64,000 nucleotides of DNA from Macrostomum hystrix (lineage: Eukaryota; Animalia; Platyhelminthes): positions 8,184,001 through 8,248,000 of the forward strand of contig CATNEN010000039.1 in NCBI GenBank assembly GCA_950097015.1, written 5' to 3'. Position numbers and translations under genes: made by a program. Of this stretch, positions 38,180 through 47,763 are shown in pieces (position 1 is the stretch's first letter; each line of letters starts with the position of its first letter). The notes under the pieces were generated by a model. It saw only the letters and a program-made list of their open reading frames with translations, was not told where the DNA came from and ran no database searches.

Positions 38180-38449
38180 TCATGACCGTTGCCCCTGCCT
38201 CTCATCGGTAATGAGTGCTCTTGCAGGTAGGAACGAGTTGTGCACTGCAGTCCAGTTCTCAAGCTGCGGATCGCCAGAAGCTGCGGTGTAGTTGTAGGTG
38301 CGATCGCAGCTGCGCCAAACTCGTGCATCTACTGACCTCATACGCGTAGACACATTACACAACTGGTGCAAAACCCGAAAGGTATAAACGATTAGCAAAG
38401 CTAATGCAGCTACAGCACCTACCATAAGTCCGACAGAGAACCGTGGCAT
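38180..38449 (-). CDS. Possible short type II membrane-protein ORF or gene fragment
   Basis: ATG followed by a hydrophobic segment and N-glycosylation sequons; no recognised homology. Confidence 0.25.
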   Translation of the reverse strand: MPRFSVGLMVGAVAALALLIVYTFRVLHQLCNVSTRMRSVDARVWRSCDRTYNYTAASGDPQLENWTAVHNSFLPARALITDERQGQRS

Positions 38450-39189
38450 GTTTGCGCCTAATTCTGCGCCTGGACTGTAGACCCATGCATATATTAATTA
38501 TACTATTAGTAGAACCCACGCGCATGCAAGCTGACGTCGCACTCTACCACCTTCACATGGTAAAAACGCCGAATAGTGAGCAAACAATTATTAAAAGCAT
38601 AATGCGCTGCCAGAGTACAGTCGTCAAAAGATAATACATTGCACAAATTTTTTGGAGACAATATAATTTCAATTCAGACAGCGTGGTAAGCAGTCTATTA
38701 GTCCGGCTTTAGTACATTATATTCTGTTACTATTGAAGATGGGATCATCACCAGGCGTATGCCAGTGTTTGTATTAACACGCCGAAGTAGTACTAACGTC
38801 GAACACGTTGATATAAATTCTGAAAGCGGGATTTTATATGCGCGTCATGCGGTGCTCAGTACGTGTACTTCACTTCGAACCTATAATTTCTAACTCGCAT
38901 GGTATAATTTTGATTTTGATGGCTGTCTCGCATAGGCATAAGCGACATCAGACAGGTAGTATTTCGAGCGAGAAACAAGAGATACTGCTGCACTACATAT
39001 ACTGATCGATATAGGTAAAACGGAAGCTGAAACTATGGCTTGGTCATTTAAGTTAGTAGATTATACCGACAACCCGATGATTACATACGTTAGTGTCACA
39101 CTTTGTTGAGCAGAGCATGAATTCGCCACCTTCATGAATGAATGTACAGGTTGAAGTACGCGCCGAGGCTACATAAATATCGAACATCA

Positions 39190-40986
39190 TGTCGTGTCGT
39201 TTAGAGAGACTCTTATGTTTGTTAGTTTGGAGCGTACAAGATAATTATATTAGTGCATCAGTCACATCACTTATATAGAACGCGAAACACAAGTACAACG
39301 TGCGATATTATTGAGCGGTGGCAACGTGCCACGCACTAGTCATGTACATTAATAAGTTAGCGAAGAGTTAAATAAAGGACATTGGCGGCCCCGCGCCCGC
39401 CCACGCTCAGGCTATCAATGCGCCTGGCCGCGATATAGACCGACGGCGCCACATCTCCCCGTCAACGGAGGACCAGACGATCGGGTGGAACACCCTTGTT
39501 GCTGCGCTCACTTCGTCTGGGCACCGGAGTTGCATTTGTCTGAAAGCTGCCAGCTGGACCGTCCTGCACCTCAGAACCCGGGAGTGAAGCCACATCGGAG
39601 GCGGAATCTTTTCCTCCGTCGTCCCTCCCAGGCAAGTCACCAGCTGGTTGCTCATTGCCGTCAGGTAGTGGGCGGATCTGATCCCGATGAGCGAGCACCG
39701 GCCGACCATCCTCTCGGGTGACCACGGCGGTGTTGTGCCCAGCCTGTACCACGAAACGCGCAGACTCCGTAGGGCTGCTGGCACGAGCCTGGTAGATGAC
39801 AGGCGCATCGACACTGAACGTCAGGGTCAGTGGGCTCCTCAGTTGTCTGCCCATCAGCGCTGACGGACTGCCTCGGCCGTCGCTCCTCGGAGTCGCCCTG
39901 TAGTTCAGCAGCAGCTTGGCCAGATACGCATCAAAAGATCCGCGATGCACCGGAAATGCCACCAGACCCCGTTTGACAGTCTGGACCATCCGCTCTGCTA
40001 GGCCGTTGGACTCCGGGTGGTACGGTGGTGAGTGTATCTGCGAGCAGCCGATTCTCCGCAGCCAGTCGCGCAGCTCGCCGTCACAGAATTCGGCCGCGTT
40101 GTCCGAGACCAGCGTGCACGGGACACCCAGCCTGGAGAAGATGGCCCGCAGAGTGCGCAAAGTTGTCTGGGCGCTCCGGTCTGGTACTCGAACCGCCTCC
40201 GGCCAGCCAGAAAACGCGTCCACGACGATCAACAGATAGCCGACACCAGGCAAGTGCGCGTGGTCCATGTGCACTCGTTGCCATGCGGTGCTTTCCGCGG
40301 GCCAGGTGTGGGTGGCGCGAGCCGGTGGAGTCCGGATCTCCGTGCATTTTGCGCATTGCTTGACGTAGCGTTCCACATCGTCGCAGTGTCCGGGCCACCA
40401 GGCTTCTCTCTTTAACCGGTTTCGTGTCGCCAACGCTCCGCTGTGGGAGTCTCCATGCGCCGCTTGAAGGACTCGAGAGCGCAGCCCTGCCGGAGGCACG
40501 ATCAGGTCACCCAGACAGATGATGCCATCTTCCACCGTCAGTTGTTGCCGGACACTCTTGTACGGCCGTTTCTGCCGCCGAGCAGTTGCTCCAGACGTTG
40601 TTCTTGATTCGCTGTCGGATGCTCCGTAGCACAGGGTCAGCGTCAGTCGCCTGTTGAATTTCGTTTCGTTTCAGCACGTCAGTCTCAGTCCAATGAACGA
40701 AGCGACTCACCTCCTCTTTAGGATTTTCGAACGAATCCTCAAACTCCAGTCTGGACATAGCATCGACGTGTGGAATGCAACTGCCACGAACATAGACAAT
40801 GTCGTAGTCGAATGCAGCCAACTGGATAGCCCAGCGCATGATCCTGGCCGATGTCACCTTTGGCAGCTCCTTCGACGGACTGAAGATGAACTCGAGCAGC
40901 CGATTCTCCGCAGCCAGTCGCGCAGCTCGCCGTCACAGAATTCGGCCGCGTTGTCCGAGACCAGCGTGCACGGGACACCCAGCCTG
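39190..40986 (-). mobile_element. 5'-truncated Ty3/gypsy element (RNase H end, integrase, 3' LTR)
   Basis: Integrase ORF 40535-39462 (HHCC, LVSDNA, SNGLAER); PPT at 39454-39462; LTR ~39453-39190 bounded by TG..CA. Confidence 0.88.
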
Positions 40987-41238
40987 CGCACACACGAGGC
41001 TCGAAGCGACACCGTCACACTGCAACTTGCTTACTCAGCAGCAACCTTCTTTGCCCAGACGGGAGGCATTCTCGGACTTTACCTGGGCTGGAGCCTGCTA
41101 ACAATGCTGGAGCTGCTACAGTTCTGTCACGACCTCCTGCTGGGCATGTGGCGCGGACTGTCACAGGCGACTGACAGTACTACTCAAGAAAGAAAATTTG
41201 ATAGCAAAGTAAAATTTAAACTCGTTGAAGAATTCTGA
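40987..41238 (+). pseudogene. Orphan C-terminal segment (TM2) of a DEG/ENaC/ASIC-family channel
   Basis: AYSAATFFAQTGGILGLYLGWSLLTMLELL matches the DEG/ENaC pre-TM2/TM2 signature. It is fused directly to gypsy sequence, with no upstream exons visible. Confidence 0.7.
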
Positions 41239-41335
41239 CATGCAATTTGTTATGTAGTGAACGAAGGGAACAACGGATTTGTTGGCAGATTCCAAATTGA
41301 GAAGTTATCCTTTTTGTGATAGCTTTGTGTCCGTA

Positions 41336-41429
41336 TATTTATAGGTAGCTGATATGTTAAATCGAAAGTTCTAGAAAACACGGACTATAGAAGGTTCTAG
41401 AATATTCTGGCTACAGAAGGTTCTAGAAA
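41336..41429 (-). promoter_or_regulatory. 3' LTR copy of the TATA box plus three heat-shock elements
   Basis: Identical to 45596-45689. Confidence 0.8.
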
Positions 41430-41531
41430 CTACTAGCTTCCTCACTGCACTACTCATAGTGGCAGTATGCGTAAATTAGCATTCAGTCAGTCAATACACA
41501 ACATCTTCCCCCTCTCCGCAAAATCAGTCAG

Positions 41532-44500
41532 TCAGAAGCCATAACGCTGCACAGGTCGCCTCGGCCGACCGGATCGTCGTACCGGCGGGGTCGCTAGTCC
41601 CTGTGCTGGATCCGGTGCAGGCAAGGGATCTCCGCCTCCATCGTCCGGAACCGTGTGCTGTCCTTGAAAGTCGATGAGCGGGTCGAGCTCGTCAGGCACC
41701 GGTGTCTCGGGGCTCAGGCGCATCGATGTTGGTACGAGTGCCTGCTGATTCCAGGTGCTGCCGTCGGTCAGTCGGCAAGCAGCGCCCATCGTTTTGACGA
41801 TCCGAAGCGGCGCCGAGAGCCGCGTTCCGAGCTTGCCCCGTCGTATTGGACGCCGCACCCGAACCCAGTCGCCGGCGCGCAGTGCCGGCGGTCGCGCTCT
41901 TCGCCGCTGGTCCGTGTAGGCTGCCGTCCGCTGCTGGCGCTCTTGGATTCGCTGGGCCATCTCGGTATGCGCAACCGCGTTGTCCTTAGACGGTGACAGC
42001 AGAGACAGGGCTGTGCGCCATCGCCTGCCCAGCATCAGCTCAGCCGGGCTCTTCCCAGTCAGGGCGTGTGGAGTGCTGCGGTAAGCCTCAAGGAACTGCA
42101 GCAGCGCGTCCTGCATCGGAATGTTCGCCGCCCTGGCCGCTCGGATGCTGTCCATCAGCGTCCTGTTGAGTCTCTCGGTCTGGCCGTTGGTGCTTGGACG
42201 GTACGGGCTGGTCTTCAGGTGCTGAATATCCCGATTCCTCAGAAATCCGGTGAAGACATCGCCGAACTGTGGTCCGTTGTCGGTGAGGACCTTCTCGCAG
42301 AGGCCCCAGCGAGCGAAAAGACTGCGCAGCACCTTGCAGATCGTCTCGGTGGTGATGCTCGAAGTTGCGAAGACCTCCGGCCATTTGCTGTGCAGATCCG
42401 TAATGACCAGTAGGAAGCGAGATGATGCCGGTGCCGCCTGCAGCTCACCCACAATGTCGATGGCGATCTCTGTCCACGGTGTAGTCGGCCATGGCAGAGG
42501 CTGCAGCGGAGCCGGTCGCAGCTTGAAATTCTTCTCCGCTGTCTCGCAGGCGCCGCAGTCTCGGACGAACGTCTCGACGTCGGCGTCCATCTTTGGCCAC
42601 CAGGCGAACTCGCGGAGCTGCTGCTTGGTGCGCACCACCCCCGGATGTCCAGAATGGGCCGCCTCCAGAAGCTCGCGCCGCAGCTGCAGGGGAATGACGG
42701 CTCGTTCTTGGAAAGCCAGGCAGGCGCCGTCCTGCCAGACGCTGAGGTGCTCGCGGACCTTGAAGTACGGCTGCAGCTCGCTATCCGATGAAGAGCTCCA
42801 GTTGCCGCTTGTGACGTGCTGAATCACCTGTCGCAGAACCGCATCCTCGGCTGTGGCTATCGCTAGCTGCTGCGGGGTAACAACCCGTACCGGAGGCATC
42901 GCAGTGTCTGGTAGCTGGATGATGTTCATGTCGGAACCGCAGCTCCACCTAGACAGCATGTCGGCCACGAAGTTGCGGTTGCCCGGCAGGTATCGCACAT
43001 GGAAGTCATATTGCTGAAACCTGTCGCACCACCGGTGGATGCGCAGCGGCCGATGTCCGGTGCCGCTGGGTCCCAGCAGGAGCTGGCGCAGCGCTTGGTG
43101 GTCGGTCCGCAGCTCGAAATGGCGCCCGTACAGGTAGTAGTACCACTTCTCCATGGCCCACAGGCTCGCCAGCGCCTCTCGCTCGTTCGCTGCGTATCGC
43201 TTCTCCGTCTCGGTCAGGGCCCGGGCGGCGAAGGCGATCGGCCTCTCGATGCCATCTTGGACCTGGGACAGCTGCGCACCGAGGGACTCTGCACTGGCGT
43301 CGCTAGTGACGATCGTCTCGGCCCCTGGGTCGAAGTGGGCTAGGACCGGCGGACTGCAGATTGCCGCTTTCAACGTTTCGAATGCCTTCTCGCACTCCGT
43401 CGACCATTCGAACACCGCGTCGCTTTTCAGCAGAGGCCGCAGTGGCGCCGTTACCTCCGCGAAGTTGGGCACGAACCGCATCAGATAGTTGGCGGATCCC
43501 AGGAACGCCTGCAGCTCCTTCCTGTTGGTCGGCGGGCGCAGCTCGCTGAAGGCCTTGGTCTGACTCTCAGACGGTCGCATGCCGTTGGCTGAGAAGATGA
43601 AGCCAAAGAACTCAATCTCAGTCCTCCGCAGCTGGCACTTGTCCTTGTTGGCAGTGAGACCGGCGTCCTCCAATCGCTTCAGCAGTGCTCGCAGCCTCGA
43701 GTCGTGCTCGGCTTCAGTTGCTCCGAAGACGATGAAGTCGTCCAGGATGTGCTCAACACCCTGCAGATCAGACACCAGGTCGTCCAGCATCCTCTGGAAT
43801 GCCGCCGGTGCAGAAGCAAGGCCGAACGGCACCCTGCAGTAGCGATACAGACCCTGGTGAGTAATGAATGCTGTCAGGTCACGTGATGACTCGTGCAGCT
43901 TCATCTGCATGTATCCTGCCTTAAGGTCGATCTTGGAGAACACGCTGCCTCCGGCCGCTTTGATCTTGGCCGAGATCTCGTCCAGCTGCGGCATCGGGTG
44001 CCGGTCGATGACGAGCGACTTGTTCGGCTCTCGCACGTCAATGCAGACTCGAATATTTCCGTCCTTCTTGTTAGCGACAACCAAGTTGGAGATCCATGGG
44101 GTGGAATTCACCCGTTCGATGATTCCCATGGCCTCCAGACGGTCCAGCTCCTCGCCGACTTGTTGCTGCTTAGCGAGCGGAAGTCGACGGAGCGGCTGCT
44201 GCACTGGTGGCACCGCTGCGTTAATCCTCGGTTTGTGCACTGCGCCTTTGCAGAGACCGATCGAGCCGCTGAAGACCGTTGGGAACTCTCGCTCGATGTC
44301 TACGCTGGCGATCTCGGCACCGATCTCAGCTGGCGGCTGCAGTTGCACGCGGAAGCCCAGCTTCTCCATCAGGTCGCGGCCGATGAGGTTCTCGCCAGAC
44401 CTCGTGACGTAGAAGTCGTGTTGGAGCTCACGGCTGTGGTGCTTGACGGGCACTGTTGCGATCCCAGCTAGGGCGATCAGCTTCCCGCCGTAGGCTCGTA

Positions 44501-45494
44501 GCCTCATCGACGACGTTCTTAGGCGAATGTCGCCCAAGCTCCGTGCCGTGGCCTCGTTCAGCAGAGACACCTTGGCACCGCAGTCGACCATCAGGCTGAC
44601 GGTCTTTCGGATGCTGCCGAGCTGAAGGTCTGCGCGGACCTCGTTGTTGCCGTGGACTGCGTAGATTGTCTCTTCCGCGCTGACCTGCATTGTCTTATTG
44701 CGGCAGCATCGGCTGAAGTGATTCAGTTTGCCGCAGTTGTTGCACTTCTTGCCGTGCGCGGGACATTGGGCTTTGCCATCATGGCTGCGGCCGCATCGCT
44801 GGCAGGATCCTCCGGCTTGCTGCCCTGGCTTCTTCTTGGACGGAGCGCCATGGTGACCTCGGGGTCTGGCCTCCTGCACAGCCTGGACATTTCCTGAAGA
44901 GCCGGCTGCTGCCATCGCCTTGCTGCCTGCCGCTGCCTCCTCGATAGTCGTCGCGATCACGATGGCTTGGTCCAGTGTCAGCCTGGCGGCGTCCTCAGTC
45001 AGCAGGCGCTCACGAATCCGGCTGCTGCTGGTTTTCTGGGCCAGCTGGTCGCGGATCATTTCATCAGCCATTGCTCCGTAGTTGCAGGTGGCTGACAGCT
45101 CGCGTAGTGCTGCGACAAACGTGACTGCGTCCTCTCCGGGCAGCTGATGTCGCTCCCGGAATCGGTGACGCGCCAACATCACGTTTGGCCGGTCGCCAAA
45201 CACAGTCGTCAGCATGTCGCGGGTTTGCCAGAAGGTGTGGCCGTCGACAATCGCGTTGCGTGCCCTGGCAATCCGCTGCCCTTCGAAACCGAGCAGGTGC
45301 AGCAACATGTTGCGGCTACTCGTTGCCAGTCGCGTAGCTTCCTCTGTTGGAGCTTCGCCCTCTGCCGGCCGGTCAGTCCAGATCTGCGCCGCTTGGCAAT
45401 AGATATCGAAAGCGTCTAGCCATCGATTCCATGGAACTGCTGGAGGTCCGCTTGCCGGCAGGTACGGTGTCGGTGGGCTAACGTTGAGGGCCAT
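41532..45494 (-). CDS. Gag-Pol polyprotein (1320 aa)
   Basis: Single ORF: double CCHC, protease VDCGA, RT ILDD, RNase H, HHCC-DDE integrase. Confidence 0.95.
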   Translation of the reverse strand: MALNVSPPTPYLPASGPPAVPWNRWLDAFDIYCQAAQIWTDRPAEGEAPTEEATRLATSSRNMLLHLLGFEGQRIARARNAIVDGHTFWQTRDMLTTVFGDRPNVMLARHRFRERHQLPGEDAVTFVAALRELSATCNYGAMADEMIRDQLAQKTSSSRIRERLLTEDAARLTLDQAIVIATTIEEAAAGSKAMAAAGSSGNVQAVQEARPRGHHGAPSKKKPGQQAGGSCQRCGRSHDGKAQCPAHGKKCNNCGKLNHFSRCCRNKTMQVSAEETIYAVHGNNEVRADLQLGSIRKTVSLMVDCGAKVSLLNEATARSLGDIRLRTSSMRLRAYGGKLIALAGIATVPVKHHSRELQHDFYVTRSGENLIGRDLMEKLGFRVQLQPPAEIGAEIASVDIEREFPTVFSGSIGLCKGAVHKPRINAAVPPVQQPLRRLPLAKQQQVGEELDRLEAMGIIERVNSTPWISNLVVANKKDGNIRVCIDVREPNKSLVIDRHPMPQLDEISAKIKAAGGSVFSKIDLKAGYMQMKLHESSRDLTAFITHQGLYRYCRVPFGLASAPAAFQRMLDDLVSDLQGVEHILDDFIVFGATEAEHDSRLRALLKRLEDAGLTANKDKCQLRRTEIEFFGFIFSANGMRPSESQTKAFSELRPPTNRKELQAFLGSANYLMRFVPNFAEVTAPLRPLLKSDAVFEWSTECEKAFETLKAAICSPPVLAHFDPGAETIVTSDASAESLGAQLSQVQDGIERPIAFAARALTETEKRYAANEREALASLWAMEKWYYYLYGRHFELRTDHQALRQLLLGPSGTGHRPLRIHRWCDRFQQYDFHVRYLPGNRNFVADMLSRWSCGSDMNIIQLPDTAMPPVRVVTPQQLAIATAEDAVLRQVIQHVTSGNWSSSSDSELQPYFKVREHLSVWQDGACLAFQERAVIPLQLRRELLEAAHSGHPGVVRTKQQLREFAWWPKMDADVETFVRDCGACETAEKNFKLRPAPLQPLPWPTTPWTEIAIDIVGELQAAPASSRFLLVITDLHSKWPEVFATSSITTETICKVLRSLFARWGLCEKVLTDNGPQFGDVFTGFLRNRDIQHLKTSPYRPSTNGQTERLNRTLMDSIRAARAANIPMQDALLQFLEAYRSTPHALTGKSPAELMLGRRWRTALSLLSPSKDNAVAHTEMAQRIQERQQRTAAYTDQRRRARPPALRAGDWVRVRRPIRRGKLGTRLSAPLRIVKTMGAACRLTDGSTWNQQALVPTSMRLSPETPVPDELDPLIDFQGQHTVPDDGGGDPLPAPDPAQGLATPPVRRSGRPRRPVQRYGF

Positions 45495-45595
45495 CCTCGT
45501 CGCCAGTTGTTATGTAGTGAACGAAGGGAACAACGGATTTGTTGGCAGATTCCAAATTGAGAAGTTATCCTTTTTGTGATAGCTTTGTGTCCGTA

Positions 45596-45689
45596 TATTT
45601 ATAGGTAGCTGATATGTTAAATCGAAAGTTCTAGAAAACACGGACTATAGAAGGTTCTAGAATATTCTGGCTACAGAAGGTTCTAGAAA
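45596..45689 (-). promoter_or_regulatory. LTR promoter: three heat-shock elements upstream of a TATA box
   Basis: GAAagTTCtaGAA (45624-36), GAAggTTCtaGAAtaTTC (45650-67), GAAggTTCtaGAA (45676-88); TATAAATA on the minus strand at 45603-45596. Confidence 0.85.
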
Positions 45690-45834
45690 CTACTAGCTTC
45701 CTCACTGCACTACTCATAGTGGCAGTATGCGTAAATTAGCATTCAGTCAGTCAATACACAACACAATTGTTTCAGATGCAGAAACTTATTGCGCTTTGTT
45801 ACGATATACGATACATTAGATGTTATAGCCTAGT

Positions 45835-46092
45835 TAGGGGTTGTAGCCTAGTGGTTAGAGCGTCGGACATACGACTGGAAGGTCGCGGGTTCGATTCGCC
45901 ATCTCCAGTGGAACAATTGGTTTCATTTAGCAAGACACACTTGACTGTGAGTTGCTTCAGTTCACCCAGCTGTTAAATGGGTACCAGCAAAAACCGGGTA
46001 ATTGAGGGTGGGTGTGGCGCCCCCCAGTCAATGGACTGAACAGCCGTACGCTGTCTTCAGATGCGCCGCGCAATAGCTGCGGCTAGCTGTGC
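45835..46092 (+). mobile_element. SINE family C copy
   Basis: GGGGTTGTAGCCTAGTGGTTAGAGC...GGGTTCGATTC head plus Nin-like core. Confidence 0.85.
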
Positions 46093-46959
46093 TATTTTGT
46101 GGCATTTAGGGGTTGGTGTAATCAGTTACGATTACAATTAGGGATGGAAGAAGTATAGTTATGTAAACTATAATTCTCCATTACGAGATTAAAGGGATAA
46201 TAAATATATTATTAAGTTAATTTAGTGAAGTAACGAATAGTTTCATCATAAAACTTTTTTGCGTGACAATGCAACGCTGCCTGCTGAAACGAAGCTGTAA
46301 ACATGCAGGTTTGAGACGTTTTATAGCAAAGTTTATGTGCTTATCAGAGCAATCTCGCGCGCAACATTAAATTGTTATGAATATTGTGAGAAGCCAGGAA
46401 TTAAAAAAATAGAAATCAAATTAAGTCGTGTCATCATGGGACTACTGTACATTTATAATGCAACGCTTTTCACAGCTAAAGCTAGCTGGTATGTCAAATA
46501 ACCCAGGATAATGCCTTTAAAATAGATTTTTCTGAATTTCATATTTTTTTCGCGACTGCATGCAGATTTAAGATCGTTATATTTTAAGAAGAGTTAATTA
46601 AGCTCGCACGAAATCACATTTACGTGATGTAACCTGGGGACGACTCGATGCGAGCGCTGGAAATCCCACGGTGCTGATCCCAAGATGGAGGGGATCAGGC
46701 CTCACTCCCCCAGTGGCTCCAGAATGCAGCTGGACTCGGCTGTCTGCAGGGTCAGGGTCAGGCGGTGGCTGGGCGACCGTCGTTGATATTCAGGGGCGAT
46801 CGATGGCTTGCCGAGACGACTCGGGGGATGGGCCCGGGGATCAAAACATTAGGGATAGGGGATGACTTGACTGGGGGATGACTTTAGGGGACGGGGAAGT
46901 AAGATTAGTTTATGGGGAAAGTATAGCAGGGGGACTAGTAGGGGGATAGGGAAGAAACG

Positions 46960-47215
46960 GGACAAGCGCGTCCAAAGCTACCGTTACGTAAGGAGGGCGC
47001 CCGGAAGCGGATAACATCGGAAACGTCGGACGAAGCAACGAACGTTTGGTTTTTTGGGATAAAAACCAGCGAGATTATATAGGGCCGAAGTCACGCATCA
47101 CGCGTGTGAATAGTGACGGAAAGTCTCCATTGACCCAGCCTAATTGACTGCAATCAGCATGTTGGTCAGTCTCGAGTTACTCACTCGTAGGAAAACGGAA
47201 GAATTTCCGGACTTA
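46960..47215 (+). promoter_or_regulatory. Probable RBM26/27 promoter region
   Basis: CpG-rich patch with several CGGAA(G) ETS-like motifs, ~0.6-0.8 kb upstream of the ATG. Confidence 0.35.
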
Positions 47216-47763
47216 ACTGTTAAAATAATTGTTTCGTTTCTTTTTCGTGCAGACTTGAGTTTAGTGACCGATTCTTGAGAATTTCCAGCAGCATTTCTTT
47301 AATATGATTTTCAGATTGTGAACACTAGTCCTTTTCTTCTCAGTTATACGACGAACATAGTTACTGGCAACACTCGCGACCTCGTCTCTATAATTTAATA
47401 TATTTACAACTGTTAGTGTTAGTGTTGGATTTAGCTAGGGCCCTTGCTTATATAGCTAGCTAGCTAGGCCTACTGTTGTACTGAAGCCTTTTTTGCTAAT
47501 TGTATTTTAAATATAGCTACATTAGCCATTTAAGCCACACGATTTGGTTTGATTGTTGTCAAGCCTAGATTTTAAATAAATTTTACATAGATTAGATGAC
47601 TGGTCCTGAAAAATTGTACGTAGACTTTAGTCAAATTTAGTCCTTGTTTTTATTTTAAAAGTTACTTTTCTTTGCATTAAATTCAATAAGGCTTAACCAA
47701 AAACACATACATATTCCTTTTTTGCTTAAGCTACAGGAATTGGCCTTTTTACAAAAATTAAGC

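Larger units (their letters stand above)
41248..45763 (-). mobile_element. Intact, young Ty3/gypsy (Mag-like) LTR retrotransposon
   Basis: 256-bp LTRs at 41248-41503 and 45508-45763 appear identical, with TG..CA ends. 5-bp TSD CAATT; PBS TGGCGACGAGG (tRNA-Ser-type); PPT AGGGGGAAGA. Confidence 0.97.

Noticed and set aside
45837-45910. tRNA genes at SINE heads (also 27140, 51620, 54545, 13375)
   Set aside because: Acceptor stems do not pair, anticodons vary between copies, and each continues into a shared SINE body.
46670-46960. G-rich stretch with TCAGGG/TAGGG units as a telomerase RNA template or telomere seed
   Set aside because: No CTAACCCT-type 1.5-repeat template; likely just a G-rich promoter flank.
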